Part shown: positions 8,613 to 18,624 of the stretch, in pieces | Layout of the letters: every line of letters begins with the position of its first letter | Position numbering within the stretch: the first letter of the stretch is position 1 | DNA from: Candidatus Methanomethylophilaceae archaeon | Lineage (GTDB): Archaea > Thermoplasmatota > Thermoplasmata > Methanomassiliicoccales > Methanomethylophilaceae | Reading direction: 5' to 3' | DNA: 51,067 nucleotides | NCBI GenBank assembly: GCA_007117455.1 | Contig: SKGM01000023.1 | Coordinates: 1-51,067, forward strand | The notes under the pieces: generated by a model | Seen by the model: the letters and a program-made list of their open reading frames with translations, nothing else | Told to the model about the DNA's origin: nothing | Database searches by the model: none | Program-made: the position numbers and the translations under genes

Positions 8613-11612
8613 TCACTCCTCCAAGGCGGCATCGATCTCCGCCTCAATCTGGATGTTCTTGAAGCCCTTCTGCTCCATGGCACCTGAGGGGCATGAAGCC
8701 ACACAGCAACCACAGGCCTTGCAGAGACCGTCATTGACCTGGCTGCGGAGGCGTCCGTCGCCGATGTCTACGATCTCTATGGCATTGTACTCACAACATC
8801 CCTCACAAACGCCGCAGCCATCGCAGATGGCGTCGTTGACGCTGGCGATTATACCCTCGGATATCAGCTCCGACTTGGAGATGACGGTAAGGGCGCGGGA
8901 GGCGGCACCTGATGCCTGAGCTATACACTCGTCTATGTGCTTTGGCCAGTGAGCCAGACCGGCAACGTAGACCGCCTCGGTGGCGAAGTCCACGGGGCGG
9001 AGCTTCTGGTGAGCCTCGAAATAGAACCCATCCTTGCTGATGGGGACCTTGAGCATCTTCGCAAGCTCCTCCTTCTCTGCACGGTCAGGTGTGATACCCA
9101 CACTCAGGACGAGGCAGTCCACCGGTACGGACACATCCATGTTCAGGATGGTGTCGTAGGCGGTGACGTTCGATCCATCGTACTCCGGCATCTTGTCCTC
9201 GGGGAACCTGAGGAACATGACACCGACCTCAGAGGCCCGGCGGTAGAGCTCCTCGCGGTAGCCGTAGGTCCTGATGTCCTTGTGGAACACAGAAACATTG
9301 GCACTGGGGTCAGCCTCCTTTATGGCGATGGCGTTCCTCAGAGCGGTGGTACAGCAGACACGGGAACAGTACTTGACCTCATCGTTCCTGGAACCGATGC
9401 ACTGGATGAAGGCCACGTTCTTGGCGTTGAACTTACCCTCGCTGAGCATCTTCTCGACCTCGAGCGCGGTTGCGACCTTCTCATCCTTACCGTAGTTGTA
9501 CTCCTTGGGCTGGTATGGGCTCGCTCCGACAGCGAGTACGACCGCTCCGACCGGGATCTCATCGGACCCGATCTTGAGCTTGAAGTTACCGATATAGCCT
9601 GGGATGTCATCGACCACGGTGTTCAGATGGACCTCTATCAAGGGGTTGGCGTCGATCTTGGCGATCATCTCAGCGAGGTGGTCGCTGACCATCTTGCCAT
9701 CCTCTGCATGATACAGGTTCTTGGCGTTACCGCCGAGACTGTCGGTCTTCTCCACGAGATGGACCTTGAATCCCTGAGCTGCCAGATCCAGAGCGGTCGA
9801 CATACCGGTGACGCCGCCACCGATCACAGCGGCGGAGTTGGTCACAGGTATCTTGGACCCCTGCAGAGGCTCCAGGAGCAGGGACTTGGCGACGGCCATC
9901 CGGACCAGGTCCTTGGCCTTCAAAGTCGCCTTCTCCGGCTCATGCATGTGAATCCAAGAGCACTGGTCACGGATGTTGGCCATGTTGCAGAGGTACTGGT
10001 TGAGTCCTCCCTCACGGCAGGCGTTCCGGAACAGGGGCTCGTGGGTACGGGGAGTGCACGAAGCGACGACCACACGGTTCAGGTTCTTCTCCTTGATGGT
10101 CGCGGTTATGTCCTCCAGACAGTCCTGGGCACAGGCGTACATGCTCTCAGAGGAATGTACGACGCCGGGTAGGCCGGAGGCGTACTCAGCGACCGTGGGC
10201 ACATTGACAGTGGCACCGATGTTGATACCGCACTCGCACACCCACACACCGACACGGGGCTCCTCCTCGGAGATATCGCGCTCAGCGGGGAACTCCTTGG
10301 GCTCGCAGGGCTCGAAGTTCTCATCGACTATGTAAGAACCAGCCTTTGCGGATGCACCCGAGGCTTCCGCCACTGAGGTCGGGATGTCCTTGGGAGCTGC
10401 GAAGGCCCCGGTGACATAGACACCATCCCTGGTGGTTGACAGGGGGTCGAATACCTGGGTCTTGCAGAAACCGTACTCGTTGAGCTCGATGCCAAGGGTC
10501 TTGGCGAACTCGGCTGCGTCCGAGGGCGGATTCAGACCGACCGAGAGGACGACCAGGTCATACTCTGTCGCCTGAGGGTTGCCCTCTGCGTCAGTGAATT
10601 TGATGGTGAGCTTCTTGGTCTCAGGGTCCTCGTCTATCGCTGCGACACGTGAGGACCTGTGCATCTTGATGCCATACTGGTCCTCTGCGCGGTGGATATA
10701 GTCCTCGAACTCCTTTCCATAGGAACGGATGTCCATGAAGAATATCTCCTCATCGACCTCAGCGTGCTCCTTGGTGATGATGGCCTGCTTGGTGGCGTAC
10801 ATACAGCACACGGAAGAGCAGTATTTCTGCCATCCCTTCTTCTCACTGCGTGAGCCGCAGCACTGTATGAAGGCTATCTTCTTGGGGTCCTCACCGGACG
10901 AGGGCATCCTGATGTGCCCATGGTCGGGACCGGATGCGCACATCATCCTCTCGAACTCCATGGCCGTCACAACATTCGCGAAGCGACCATATCCGTATTC
11001 GGTGGACACACTTGCATCCCAGACCTCGAAACCTGTGGCACATATGACCGATCCGATGTCGAGGACTATCTCCTCATCCTTCTGATCATAGTCAACCGCA
11101 CCTCTGGTACAGACCTTCTTGCACACGCCACACTTATCCTCGAGCAGCTTCTTGCAGTGCTCGGGATCGATGATCGCGACGCGGGGGACGGCCTGAGCAT
11201 GGGGTATGTAAATAGCCCTTCGGTTCTTGAGACCGTACTCATACTGGTCGGGAATATTCTTCTGAGGGCACTTCTGAAGGCAGTCGCCACAGCCGGTACA
11301 CTTGTTCTCATCAACGTACCTGGCCTTCTTGACCACTTTTACCTTGAAATCCCCTGGCTTGCCGTCGACTGCCTTGACTTCTGAGAAGCTCAAGACGTCG
11401 ATGTTCGGGTGACCGAAACAGTCAGCCATTTTGGGCGACAGGATACAGGCGGAACAGTCGTTCGTTGGGAACGTCTTATCGAGCCGGCACATCACACCGC
11501 CTATGGTAGCATCTTTCTCTACCAAATAGACGTGGATGTCACGGTCCGCAAGGTCCAACGACGCTTGTATGCCCGCAATCCCTCCACCGATAACTAATGC
11601 CGATTTTGTCAA
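8613..11612 (-). CDS. hdrA: Heterodisulfide reductase subunit A, long (internally duplicated) form
   Basis: GGGIAG, LDKTFPTNDCS.C, FIQCCGSR..YCSSVCC; second module GGGVTG, FIQCIGSR..YCSRVCC; C-terminal 2x[4Fe-4S]; TTG start with GGAGG RBS. Confidence 0.93.
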   Translation of the reverse strand: MTKSALVIGGGIAGIQASLDLADRDIHVYLVEKDATIGGVMCRLDKTFPTNDCSACILSPKMADCFGHPNIDVLSFSEVKAVDGKPGDFKVKVVKKARYVDENKCTGCGDCLQKCPQKNIPDQYEYGLKNRRAIYIPHAQAVPRVAIIDPEHCKKLLEDKCGVCKKVCTRGAVDYDQKDEEIVLDIGSVICATGFEVWDASVSTEYGYGRFANVVTAMEFERMMCASGPDHGHIRMPSSGEDPKKIAFIQCCGSRSEKKGWQKYCSSVCCMYATKQAIITKEHAEVDEEIFFMDIRSYGKEFEDYIHRAEDQYGIKMHRSSRVAAIDEDPETKKLTIKFTDAEGNPQATEYDLVVLSVGLNPPSDAAEFAKTLGIELNEYGFCKTQVFDPLSTTRDGVYVTGAFAAPKDIPTSVAEASGASAKAGSYIVDENFEPCEPKEFPAERDISEEEPRVGVWVCECGINIGATVNVPTVAEYASGLPGVVHSSESMYACAQDCLEDITATIKEKNLNRVVVASCTPRTHEPLFRNACREGGLNQYLCNMANIRDQCSWIHMHEPEKATLKAKDLVRMAVAKSLLLEPLQGSKIPVTNSAAVIGGGVTGMSTALDLAAQGFKVHLVEKTDSLGGNAKNLYHAEDGKMVSDHLAEMIAKIDANPLIEVHLNTVVDDIPGYIGNFKLKIGSDEIPVGAVVLAVGASPYQPKEYNYGKDEKVATALEVEKMLSEGKFNAKNVAFIQCIGSRNDEVKYCSRVCCTTALRNAIAIKEADPSANVSVFHKDIRTYGYREELYRRASEVGVMFLRFPEDKMPEYDGSNVTAYDTILNMDVSVPVDCLVLSVGITPDRAEKEELAKMLKVPISKDGFYFEAHQKLRPVDFATEAVYVAGLAHWPKHIDECIAQASGAASRALTVISKSELISEGIIASVNDAICDGCGVCEGCCEYNAIEIVDIGDGRLRSQVNDGLCKACGCCVASCPSGAMEQKGFKNIQIEAEIDAALEE

Positions 11613-12008
11613 ATCAATGCCTCCGTTATTTCGACAGTGTTTGGATTAAGAACGTGAATAACCTATCAGTTCTTTAATGCTTTCTCCAAAACATTCATAA
11701 TAAATGATGTATCTATGTAAAGGCCTAGTGGACTCAGGGAGAACACGAACTCCGTTAACACCCTTGCCCCATCGCCCCGCCATGTAAATATCCAGACATT
11801 GCGGAACTCCATGGTTTTCCACCGGAAATATAGGGGTGTTTCAACACTTTCCGGGATTTTTGTTAAGGACTGTTTAAATCGATATCCTTCGTATAGATAC
11901 GAAATAAATCCTCCTTGACATCAACTCTTAAAACATAGAACCGTAAAAACCTTTTCAAACATCTGCCCGGGACCGGGAACATTATTTACGAATGATTGGC
12001 ATAGATGG

Positions 12009-12719
12009 GTGGAGCCGATGATCAGCAGTCCTTTCCTCATTGCTGTATCCGTGACCGCCTTGGTTATGATCCTGGCCTTGGTCCTAGGGAGGAGGCCTCC
12101 AGAGGAGGTCTCGACCATGGGCCCACAGTCCTCCGAGGTGGAGGTGGAAGGGGCAAGACAAGGCCCTCTGAGCATCCGCACACCCAAAGAGAGGTCCGTC
12201 CAATGTCGTATATGCATGGGAAGGATCAAGCTGGGGCAGGGTTATGCGGTATGCCCGTGTGGACAGGACTTCCATCGAACCTGCGTGGAGAGGACGGGTT
12301 ACTGCCCATACTGTAAAAAGGAATATTCCCGTCAGGAGTTCAAACGACGATATAACATACCAGAGGACACGAATATAACCCTGAGACGTTGTCCGGTTTG
12401 TGGGGATTTCATTCCTCGTGAGGCACGGATATGCGACTGCGGTGCGGTTTTCCTAGGGGCCGATGGATCATTCTCATGCCCCTCTTGCAAGGTCGAGGTG
12501 GCCGGGGGCGACCTAAGGTGCGGGGATTGCGGGGTGAGGTTCAAAGAGTACAATGCCATCCATTGCAAACACTGCGGACTATTGATTCCAGAGGGCGAGA
12601 ACGTCTGCGAATGCGGAACGCTCCTGGATGACAACTGTCCGGACTGCGGATGGAGGCTTGGCAAGGATGATGAACGTTGTCCCATCTGCGGCCTGGTCTT
12701 TGAGTTCGTGAGGGACTGA
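12009..12719 (+). CDS. Membrane-anchored C4HC3 RING-like and multiple zinc-ribbon protein
   Basis: N-terminal hydrophobic helix; CRIC-x12-CPC-x4-H-x2-C-x6-CPYC; then repeated CxxC/CxC pairs. Start may be ATG 12018. Confidence 0.75.
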   Translation: MEPMISSPFLIAVSVTALVMILALVLGRRPPEEVSTMGPQSSEVEVEGARQGPLSIRTPKERSVQCRICMGRIKLGQGYAVCPCGQDFHRTCVERTGYCPYCKKEYSRQEFKRRYNIPEDTNITLRRCPVCGDFIPREARICDCGAVFLGADGSFSCPSCKVEVAGGDLRCGDCGVRFKEYNAIHCKHCGLLIPEGENVCECGTLLDDNCPDCGWRLGKDDERCPICGLVFEFVRD

Positions 12720-12722
12720 CGG

Positions 12723-13013
12723 ATGGTTGTAAAAGAGAGAAGAGGGCGCCGGAGATACGTAGTCATAGCTTGTGATCCAGCATATGAGGGCAGGGACGAG
12801 GCGGTGAAGGAGCTTAATGCCTTGTTCCGGAGCCTGGGAATGCAGCCACCGCATGTGATAGACACCGGCGATTGGCATCTCATCATCCGTTGCTCGCCCT
12901 CGGAGAGGGACGGTGTGCTCTCAGCCCTCGGCGACCTCGACCGGTCCCTCACGCCGCTACGCACATCGGGAACATTGAAAAAACTCCGCGCCAGATATGG
13001 ACTGCCGAGATGA
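12723..13013 (+). CDS. rnp2: RNase P protein Pop5/Rpp14
   Basis: RGRRRYVV...IIRC...TSGTLKKLR; canonical position upstream of psmA. Confidence 0.82.
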   Translation: MVVKERRGRRRYVVIACDPAYEGRDEAVKELNALFRSLGMQPPHVIDTGDWHLIIRCSPSERDGVLSALGDLDRSLTPLRTSGTLKKLRARYGLPR

Positions 13014-13114
13014 TTCAGGCCTATGCTGGCACCACTTATCGGCTGACAGGTTCCAGGTAAATTGATATATATGTGCTTTCAATAACAAGGAGAGAATCGA
13101 GAAGAGGAATTTTT

Positions 13115-13828
13115 ATGCAACCAGGACAGATGGCTTATGATAGAGGAATCACGGTTTTCTCCCCTGACGGTAGGCTTTTCCAGGTAGAGTATGCCCGGGA
13201 GGCGGTGAAAAGGGGGACCACCACGATCGGTCTGAAGTACAAGGACGGAGTCATCCTGATCGTGGACAAGCGGATTTCCAGCAGGCTCATGGAGCCTAAA
13301 TCAATCGAGAAGATCTTCCATATCGACGAGCACGTGGGATGCGCCACCTCCGGACTGGTGGCGGACGCCCGTATTCTGGTCGACCAGGCCAGGCACCTCG
13401 CCCAGGTCCACAAGGTGACCTACGACGAGAAGATAGGTGTCGAGGGGCTTGTTAAACGCATATGCGATTACAAGCAGAACTTCACCCAGTACGGTGGACT
13501 CCGCCCCTTCGGGACCGCTCTGCTCGTCGCTGGTGTGGATGAGATGGGTTGTCATCTCTATGAGACCGACCCCAGCGGCGCCCTTGTCTCCTACAAGGCA
13601 GGCAGCATTGGCTCTGGAAGGACCGCCGTCAACGAGGTCTTCGAGGCCGATTACCAGGAGGGCATGAAGTACGATGACGCCCTCCAACTCGGACTGAAGG
13701 CCCTTGCCTCCGCAACCGAGGAGGGACTCAAAGCACAGGCCCTGGAGGTCGGAGTGGTCAAGAAGGGTCAGGATTTCCAGAAGATCTCCGAGAAGGAGCT
13801 GGAGAAGTTCATCAAGAAGCTGGAGTAA
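13115..13828 (+). CDS. psmA: Proteasome alpha subunit
   Basis: AYDRGITVFSPDGRLFQVEYAREAVKRG, RPFG, ETDPSG. Confidence 0.97.
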   Translation: MQPGQMAYDRGITVFSPDGRLFQVEYAREAVKRGTTTIGLKYKDGVILIVDKRISSRLMEPKSIEKIFHIDEHVGCATSGLVADARILVDQARHLAQVHKVTYDEKIGVEGLVKRICDYKQNFTQYGGLRPFGTALLVAGVDEMGCHLYETDPSGALVSYKAGSIGSGRTAVNEVFEADYQEGMKYDDALQLGLKALASATEEGLKAQALEVGVVKKGQDFQKISEKELEKFIKKLE

Positions 13829-13844
13829 GGCCACGGTGGTCGAC

Positions 13845-14537
13845 ATGGTCAGTTTGGAGGACGCGATCGTAGCCAGACTCGAATCCCACGGGGAGACGTT
13901 CGAGATACTCATCGACCCAGACGTCGCAAAGGATGTCAGGGATGGTAAGGACGTCGAGCTCGAGGACCGGATGGTTGTCGATGAGGTCTTCAATGACGCC
14001 CGGAAAGGGACCCGCCCCACCGAGGAGAAGATATTGGAGGTGTTCGGAACCGACGAGTTGGCCGAGATCGCCCGTATCATCATACTCAAGGGCGAGATCC
14101 AACTCACCACCGAGCAGAGGCGGGAGATCCTTGAGTCCAAGAGGAAGAGGATAGTAGCCGAGATAGCCCGCAACGCCATCAACCCGCAGACCAACTCCCC
14201 CCACCCGCCTGCCCGCATCGAACTGGCTTTGGAGGAGGCGCGTTTCCACGCCGACCCCTTCAAACCATTGGACCAGCAGATCAAGAGGGCCATGGACCTC
14301 CTGAGGCCGATGATCCCCATCAAGTTCGCCCGCAGCCGGGTCGCCGTCCGCCTCAAGGGCGATGATTACGGCCGGTGTTATGATGACATCCGCTCCATGG
14401 GGGACATCGTGGAGGAGGAATGGCAGGCTGATGGCCATTGGATCGGCATCATCGACATACCTGCCGGGGTGAAGGACGAACTGACCTCCAGGATCAAGGG
14501 CAAGACCAAAGGAGAAGGGGAGATAAAACCCCTATGA
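13845..14537 (+). CDS. Ribosome maturation factor SBDS/Sdo1
   Basis: MVSLEDAIVARL...FEIL, GEIQLTTEQRR, INPQT..PHPP.RIE. Confidence 0.93.
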   Translation: MVSLEDAIVARLESHGETFEILIDPDVAKDVRDGKDVELEDRMVVDEVFNDARKGTRPTEEKILEVFGTDELAEIARIIILKGEIQLTTEQRREILESKRKRIVAEIARNAINPQTNSPHPPARIELALEEARFHADPFKPLDQQIKRAMDLLRPMIPIKFARSRVAVRLKGDDYGRCYDDIRSMGDIVEEEWQADGHWIGIIDIPAGVKDELTSRIKGKTKGEGEIKPL

Positions 14538-14572
14538 CCTTTTCTCAAAAATTACATTCGTGAAGTGATACT

Positions 14573-15280
14573 ATGGAAAATATGAACGCTAGGCCCAAGA
14601 GGGAGGTCGTTGTACCGGGTGACCTCCTCGATGACAAGGGGCTTCGCCCGGGAAGCGGCACCTATGTGCTGGACGGTAAGGTTTACTCCTCCTTGTTGGG
14701 CGTGAAGAACATCAGATCGAACTACGTCAACGTCATCCCCTTATCAGGCAGATACCTGCCCCAGACCGCCGACACGGTGGTGGGGAAGATCATAGACATC
14801 GGCCCATCCAACTGGCTGGTGGATATAAACGCCCCTTATCCGGCGCCTCTGCATGTCAACGAGGTGCCCTGGAGGGTGGAGTTCGGCGATACCGCCCGAT
14901 TCCTGAGGGTCGGGGACGTCATCATGGCGAAGATCCTGATGATGGATGAGACCAACAAGATACAGGTCACAATGAACGATTCGGGCATGCGCAAGCTGCA
15001 GGGCGGCCATGTCATTGAGATATCCTATTCCAAGGTCCCCCGGGTCATCGGAAAGGGTGGATCCATGATACAGATGATCAAGAGCATGACCGACTGCCGC
15101 ATATTCGTGGGACAGAACGGCGTGATCTGGATCGAGGGCGAGTTGGAGAACGTCCTGGTGGCCGCCAAGGCCATTCAGATGATAGATGAGGAGGCCCAGT
15201 CCTCCAATCTCACAGAGAGGGTCAAGGAGTACATGGAGAAGGCCCTCCCCGCCTCAGAGCAGGCGGACATCCAGGAGTGA
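14573..15280 (+). CDS. rrp4: Exosome RNA-binding subunit Rrp4
   Basis: VVPGD, VIPL.GRY.P, W.VDINAPY, KH motif [20 protein letters not shown]. Confidence 0.95.
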   Translation: MENMNARPKREVVVPGDLLDDKGLRPGSGTYVLDGKVYSSLLGVKNIRSNYVNVIPLSGRYLPQTADTVVGKIIDIGPSNWLVDINAPYPAPLHVNEVPWRVEFGDTARFLRVGDVIMAKILMMDETNKIQVTMNDSGMRKLQGGHVIEISYSKVPRVIGKGGSMIQMIKSMTDCRIFVGQNGVIWIEGELENVLVAAKAIQMIDEEAQSSNLTERVKEYMEKALPASEQADIQE

Positions 15281-16026
15281 TTGTAATGGATTCAGACATC
15301 GTAATGGTAGATGATAAAGGCAAGAGGCTCGACGGCAGGACCGCTGACGAGCTGCGCCCTATGAAGATCGAGGCAGGCGTGCTGTCAAATGCGGACGGTT
15401 CCGCATACCTCGAGATAGGTAAGAACAAGGTCCTCGCGGCTGTTTACGGCCCGCGTGAGTGCCACCCCCGTCACCTGCAGAACCCCACAAGGGCCATCGT
15501 GCAGTGCAAGTACAACATGCAGTCCTACTCGGTGGGCGACCGTAAGAGACCTGGACCCGACCGCCGTTCCGTGGAGATATCCAAGATAATCTCCGAGGCT
15601 CTGGAGGCCGTCATTCAGGTCGAGCTCTTCCCCCGGGCATCGATAGATGTGTACATCGAGATCCTGCAGGCCAACGCTGGTACCCGCTGCGCAGGCCTGA
15701 CGGCAGCATCGGTGGCCCTGGCTGACGCCGGCATACCTATGCGCGACCTCGTTCCCTCAGTTGCCGTGGGCAAGGCCAACGGGCATCTGCTCCTCGACCT
15801 GAACAAGGAGGAGGACAACTACGGTGAAGCGGATCTGCCTCTGGCCATAGTGCCCAAGACCAATGAGGTGGTCCTACTCCAGATGGACGGACATATGACC
15901 CGTGAGGAGTTCGGTACCGCCATGGAGATGGGCGTGAAGGCCTGTCATGAGATCTATGAGATGCAGAAGGACGCCCTCCGCAGGAGGTATTCCACGGAGG
16001 CGGATGAACAGGAGGTGGAGGAATGA
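15277..16026 (+). CDS. rrp41: Exosome exonuclease Rrp41
   Basis: RLDGR..DELRP, ADGSAY, VYGPRE.HP, PGPDRRS.EIS, AGTR, ADAGIPM. Confidence 0.95.
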   Translation: MIVMDSDIVMVDDKGKRLDGRTADELRPMKIEAGVLSNADGSAYLEIGKNKVLAAVYGPRECHPRHLQNPTRAIVQCKYNMQSYSVGDRKRPGPDRRSVEISKIISEALEAVIQVELFPRASIDVYIEILQANAGTRCAGLTAASVALADAGIPMRDLVPSVAVGKANGHLLLDLNKEEDNYGEADLPLAIVPKTNEVVLLQMDGHMTREEFGTAMEMGVKACHEIYEMQKDALRRRYSTEADEQEVEE

Positions 16027-16796
16027 GCCGGTCGGTCGTATCTGAGATAAGGAGGAACCATATCTACGAACTCCTGCGCAAGGGCCGCAGGATGGACGGT
16101 CGCGAGCCCCTCGACCTGAGGGAGATAAGCGTTGAGACCGGTGTCATCGACACCGCAGAGGGGTCCGCCCGCGTCCGGTACGGCGAGACCGAGGTCATCG
16201 CTGGACTTAAGATGGCCATAGGCACACCGTTCCCGGACACCCCGAACAAGGGCGTTCTGACCACCAGTATGGAACTGATCCCCATGGCCCATCCTGATTT
16301 CGAATCGGGACCTCCGGGCGGGGACGCCATCGAGCTCGCACGTGTCGTGGACCGCGGAATACGCGAGAGCGGCATGGTGGATGTCGAGAAACTGTGCATC
16401 ACTCCGGGCGAGGAGGTCTGGATGTGTTTCATAGACATCTACTCAATCAACTACGACGGCAACCTGTTCGATGCGGCAGCCCTGGCAGTGGTGGCGGCCT
16501 TGAAGAGCGCCATCGTGCCGGCATCCAACCACGACAAGGGTGAGGATTTCCCCCTGCCAGTGACCTGCGTGCCCATAACTGCGACCATGGCCAAGATAGA
16601 AAATACTTTAATAGTTGACCCAACTTTCGACGAGGAGATGGTCTCCTCAGCGAGGCTCACTGTGACCTCTGACGGCAACGGCGATGTCCGGGCCATGCAG
16701 AAGGGCAAGAGTGGGGCTTTCACCGTCGAAGAGGTCAACTACATCGTCGACGTCGCCCGGGAGAAGGGAGACGAGATAAGGAAAATCATTGGGTGA
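16023..16796 (+). CDS. rrp42: Exosome subunit Rrp42
   Basis: [44 protein letters not shown]. Confidence 0.95.
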   Translation: MSRSVVSEIRRNHIYELLRKGRRMDGREPLDLREISVETGVIDTAEGSARVRYGETEVIAGLKMAIGTPFPDTPNKGVLTTSMELIPMAHPDFESGPPGGDAIELARVVDRGIRESGMVDVEKLCITPGEEVWMCFIDIYSINYDGNLFDAAALAVVAALKSAIVPASNHDKGEDFPLPVTCVPITATMAKIENTLIVDPTFDEEMVSSARLTVTSDGNGDVRAMQKGKSGAFTVEEVNYIVDVAREKGDEIRKIIG

Positions 16797-16801
16797 TCAA
16801 A

Positions 16802-17053
16802 ATGGCCAAGAGGACAGTCAAGGCGGGAAGCTCGGGCAGATTCGGCCCCCGTTACGGGGTCAGGGTCCGAAAGAGAGTCAAGGACATCGAGAAGACTCAG
16901 AAGAAGAAGCACGAATGCCCGTCCTGCCACCATGAGAGTGTGAAACGCGAGGGCTCCGGCATATGGCTGTGCAGGCGCTGCGACACCAAGTTCGCCGCTT
17001 CCGCCTACACCCCTGTGCCCAGGAAACTCATTTCCCGGGTGTCCGAGAAATGA
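16802..17053 (+). CDS. rpl37ae: 50S ribosomal protein L37ae
   Basis: GRFGPRYG, CPSC...GIW.C..C. Confidence 0.95.
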   Translation: MAKRTVKAGSSGRFGPRYGVRVRKRVKDIEKTQKKKHECPSCHHESVKREGSGIWLCRRCDTKFAASAYTPVPRKLISRVSEK

Positions 17054-17073
17054 ACCCCTTCGAGGTGATGTGA

Positions 17074-17205
17074 TTGTACAGATGCGGTAAATGCAACGAA
17101 CCCATAAGGAACGTCAACGCCCTGGGCCTCCAGTGCGAGAAGTGCGGATCGAAGATCTTCTACAAGGACCGGCCTAATGTCAAGAAGGTGTTGAGGGGCC
17201 GCTAG
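17074..17205 (+). CDS. rpo12: RNA polymerase subunit Rpo12 (P); too short for the ORF track
   Basis: TTG start after GAGGTGA; MYRCGKCNEPIRNVNALGLQCEKCGSKIFYKDRPNVKKVLRGR (43 aa); conserved position between rpl37ae and pcc1. Confidence 0.92.
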   Translation: MYRCGKCNEPIRNVNALGLQCEKCGSKIFYKDRPNVKKVLRGR

Positions 17206-17212
17206 TGCGATC

Positions 17213-17446
17213 ATGTTGAAGGCCACCCTCAGGATGGACTCTGACGACGCATCCGCCGTCCTGGCCTCACTCTCCCCCGAGATGGGGAGGGAGGTCCCTC
17301 GCAGCCGTGTAGAAGGCCGCGTTGAGGATGGGGTGCTGGTGCTGGAGTTCGAGGCGGAGGACGTCTCCTCCTTGAGGGCGGCCCTCAACTCCTACCTTGG
17401 ATGGATAAGGATTACAGAGGATATCAGCGGTTTGACAGGTGAATGA
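17213..17446 (+). CDS. pcc1: KEOPS complex subunit Pcc1
   Basis: SL.PE...A.D..SLRAALNSYL.W. Confidence 0.9.
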   Translation: MLKATLRMDSDDASAVLASLSPEMGREVPRSRVEGRVEDGVLVLEFEAEDVSSLRAALNSYLGWIRITEDISGLTGE

Positions 17447-17447
17447 A

Positions 17448-17804
17448 ATGAAAGATATTAGCCCCCAGCTCCAGAACCAGATTACCCAGTTCCAGCAGGT
17501 GCAGCAACAGCTCCAATCGGTAAGCGCCCAAAAGTTCCAGATGGACGCCCAGATGAAGGAGATGGACAGGACCCTAGAGGAACTGGCCTCCACGCCGGAG
17601 GAATCGGACGTCTATCGAAGTGTCGGCTCACTACTGATCAAGGTCCAGGACAAGACCAAGGTGAAGAACGACCTGGAGGAGAGCAAGGAGACCCTCGAGA
17701 TACGCGTCAAGGCATTGGAGCGTCAGGAGAAGACCCTCCGTGAGAAGTTCCAGAGCCTCCAGGAGAGCATCAACAAGGCTCTCGGCAGCGGACAAGGCAA
17801 CTGA
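17448..17804 (+). CDS. pfdB: Prefoldin beta subunit
   Basis: Gln-rich coiled coil, VYRSVGSLLIK, LE.R...LERQE. Confidence 0.94.
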   Translation: MKDISPQLQNQITQFQQVQQQLQSVSAQKFQMDAQMKEMDRTLEELASTPEESDVYRSVGSLLIKVQDKTKVKNDLEESKETLEIRVKALERQEKTLREKFQSLQESINKALGSGQGN

Positions 17805-17904
17805 GGGAAACCACTTCCGAAAAATCCTTTCCCATCATTCTATTCTGGTGAAAGATAAATACCCAATCGCGTCTATCCTTTTGAATCCTTCAGAAGGTGG
17901 CAGA

Positions 17905-18624
17905 ATGGACGCACTAATGGTCAAGGACTTCACGAAGTCCTATGGGAAGCATGTCGGTGTGGACGGCATAAGCTTCAATGTCAAACATGGAGAGATATTC
18001 GGCCTCATAGGTCCCAACGGGGCGGGTAAGACTACCACTCTGAGGGTCCTCTCCACCCTCCTCTCTGTCACATCCGGTGAGATGTACGTTTACGGCAAGA
18101 GTGTTGTGGATGAGCCCAACGAGGTCAGGAGGATCATCAGTTACCTGCCTGAGGACGCCGGAGCCTACAAGCACTTGACTGGCAGGCAGTACCTGGATTT
18201 CATCTCCACCTTCTTCGCTTCCGGAGAGGAGAGGAAAAGGATGGTCTCCAGAGGCATGGAGATAACCGGCCTCGGAGATAGGATAAACAGCAAGGTCGAC
18301 ACCTACTCCAAAGGCATGATGAGGAGGCTCCTGATAGCCAGGGCCATCATGACCCGTCCCAAGTTCGCAATCCTTGATGAGGTGACCTCGGGACTCGATG
18401 TCGTCAATGCCACGGAGATAAGGCAGATCATAAAGGACCTCTCGAGCGAGGGAGTGACCATACTCCTTTCGTCCCACAACATGTTCGAGGTGGAGTATCT
18501 CTGCGACCGTGTGGCGCTCATCGACAAAGGTAAGATAGTCGCAGAAGGGGCGCCTGGTGAGTTGAAGAGGAAGTATCAAGCCGAAAACCTGGAGGAGGTT
18601 TTCACCAAGGTGGTGAGGGGTTGA
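17905..18624 (+). CDS. ABC transporter ATP-binding protein (NatA/ABC-2 type)
   Basis: GPNGAGKTT, YSKGM, ILDE, SSH. Confidence 0.92.
   Translation: MDALMVKDFTKSYGKHVGVDGISFNVKHGEIFGLIGPNGAGKTTTLRVLSTLLSVTSGEMYVYGKSVVDEPNEVRRIISYLPEDAGAYKHLTGRQYLDFISTFFASGEERKRMVSRGMEITGLGDRINSKVDTYSKGMMRRLLIARAIMTRPKFAILDEVTSGLDVVNATEIRQIIKDLSSEGVTILLSSHNMFEVEYLCDRVALIDKGKIVAEGAPGELKRKYQAENLEEVFTKVVRG

Noticed and set aside
5694..10172. Long plus-strand ORFs (5694-6956, 8937-10172) and similar antisense ORFs throughout the window
   Set aside because: Shadows of strongly codon-biased real genes on the opposite strand; no motifs.
5415..11612. Selenocysteine in MvhA, MvhD or HdrA
   Set aside because: All ORFs are continuous with Cys at the relevant positions (e.g. 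DPCNSC); no in-frame TGA.
11726..11754. tRNA 3'-end-like sequence on minus strand (GGAG-TTCGTGTT-CTCC-CTGAGTCCACTA), possible att relic
   Set aside because: T loop is non-canonical, no CCA, no matching 5' half and no integrase nearby.
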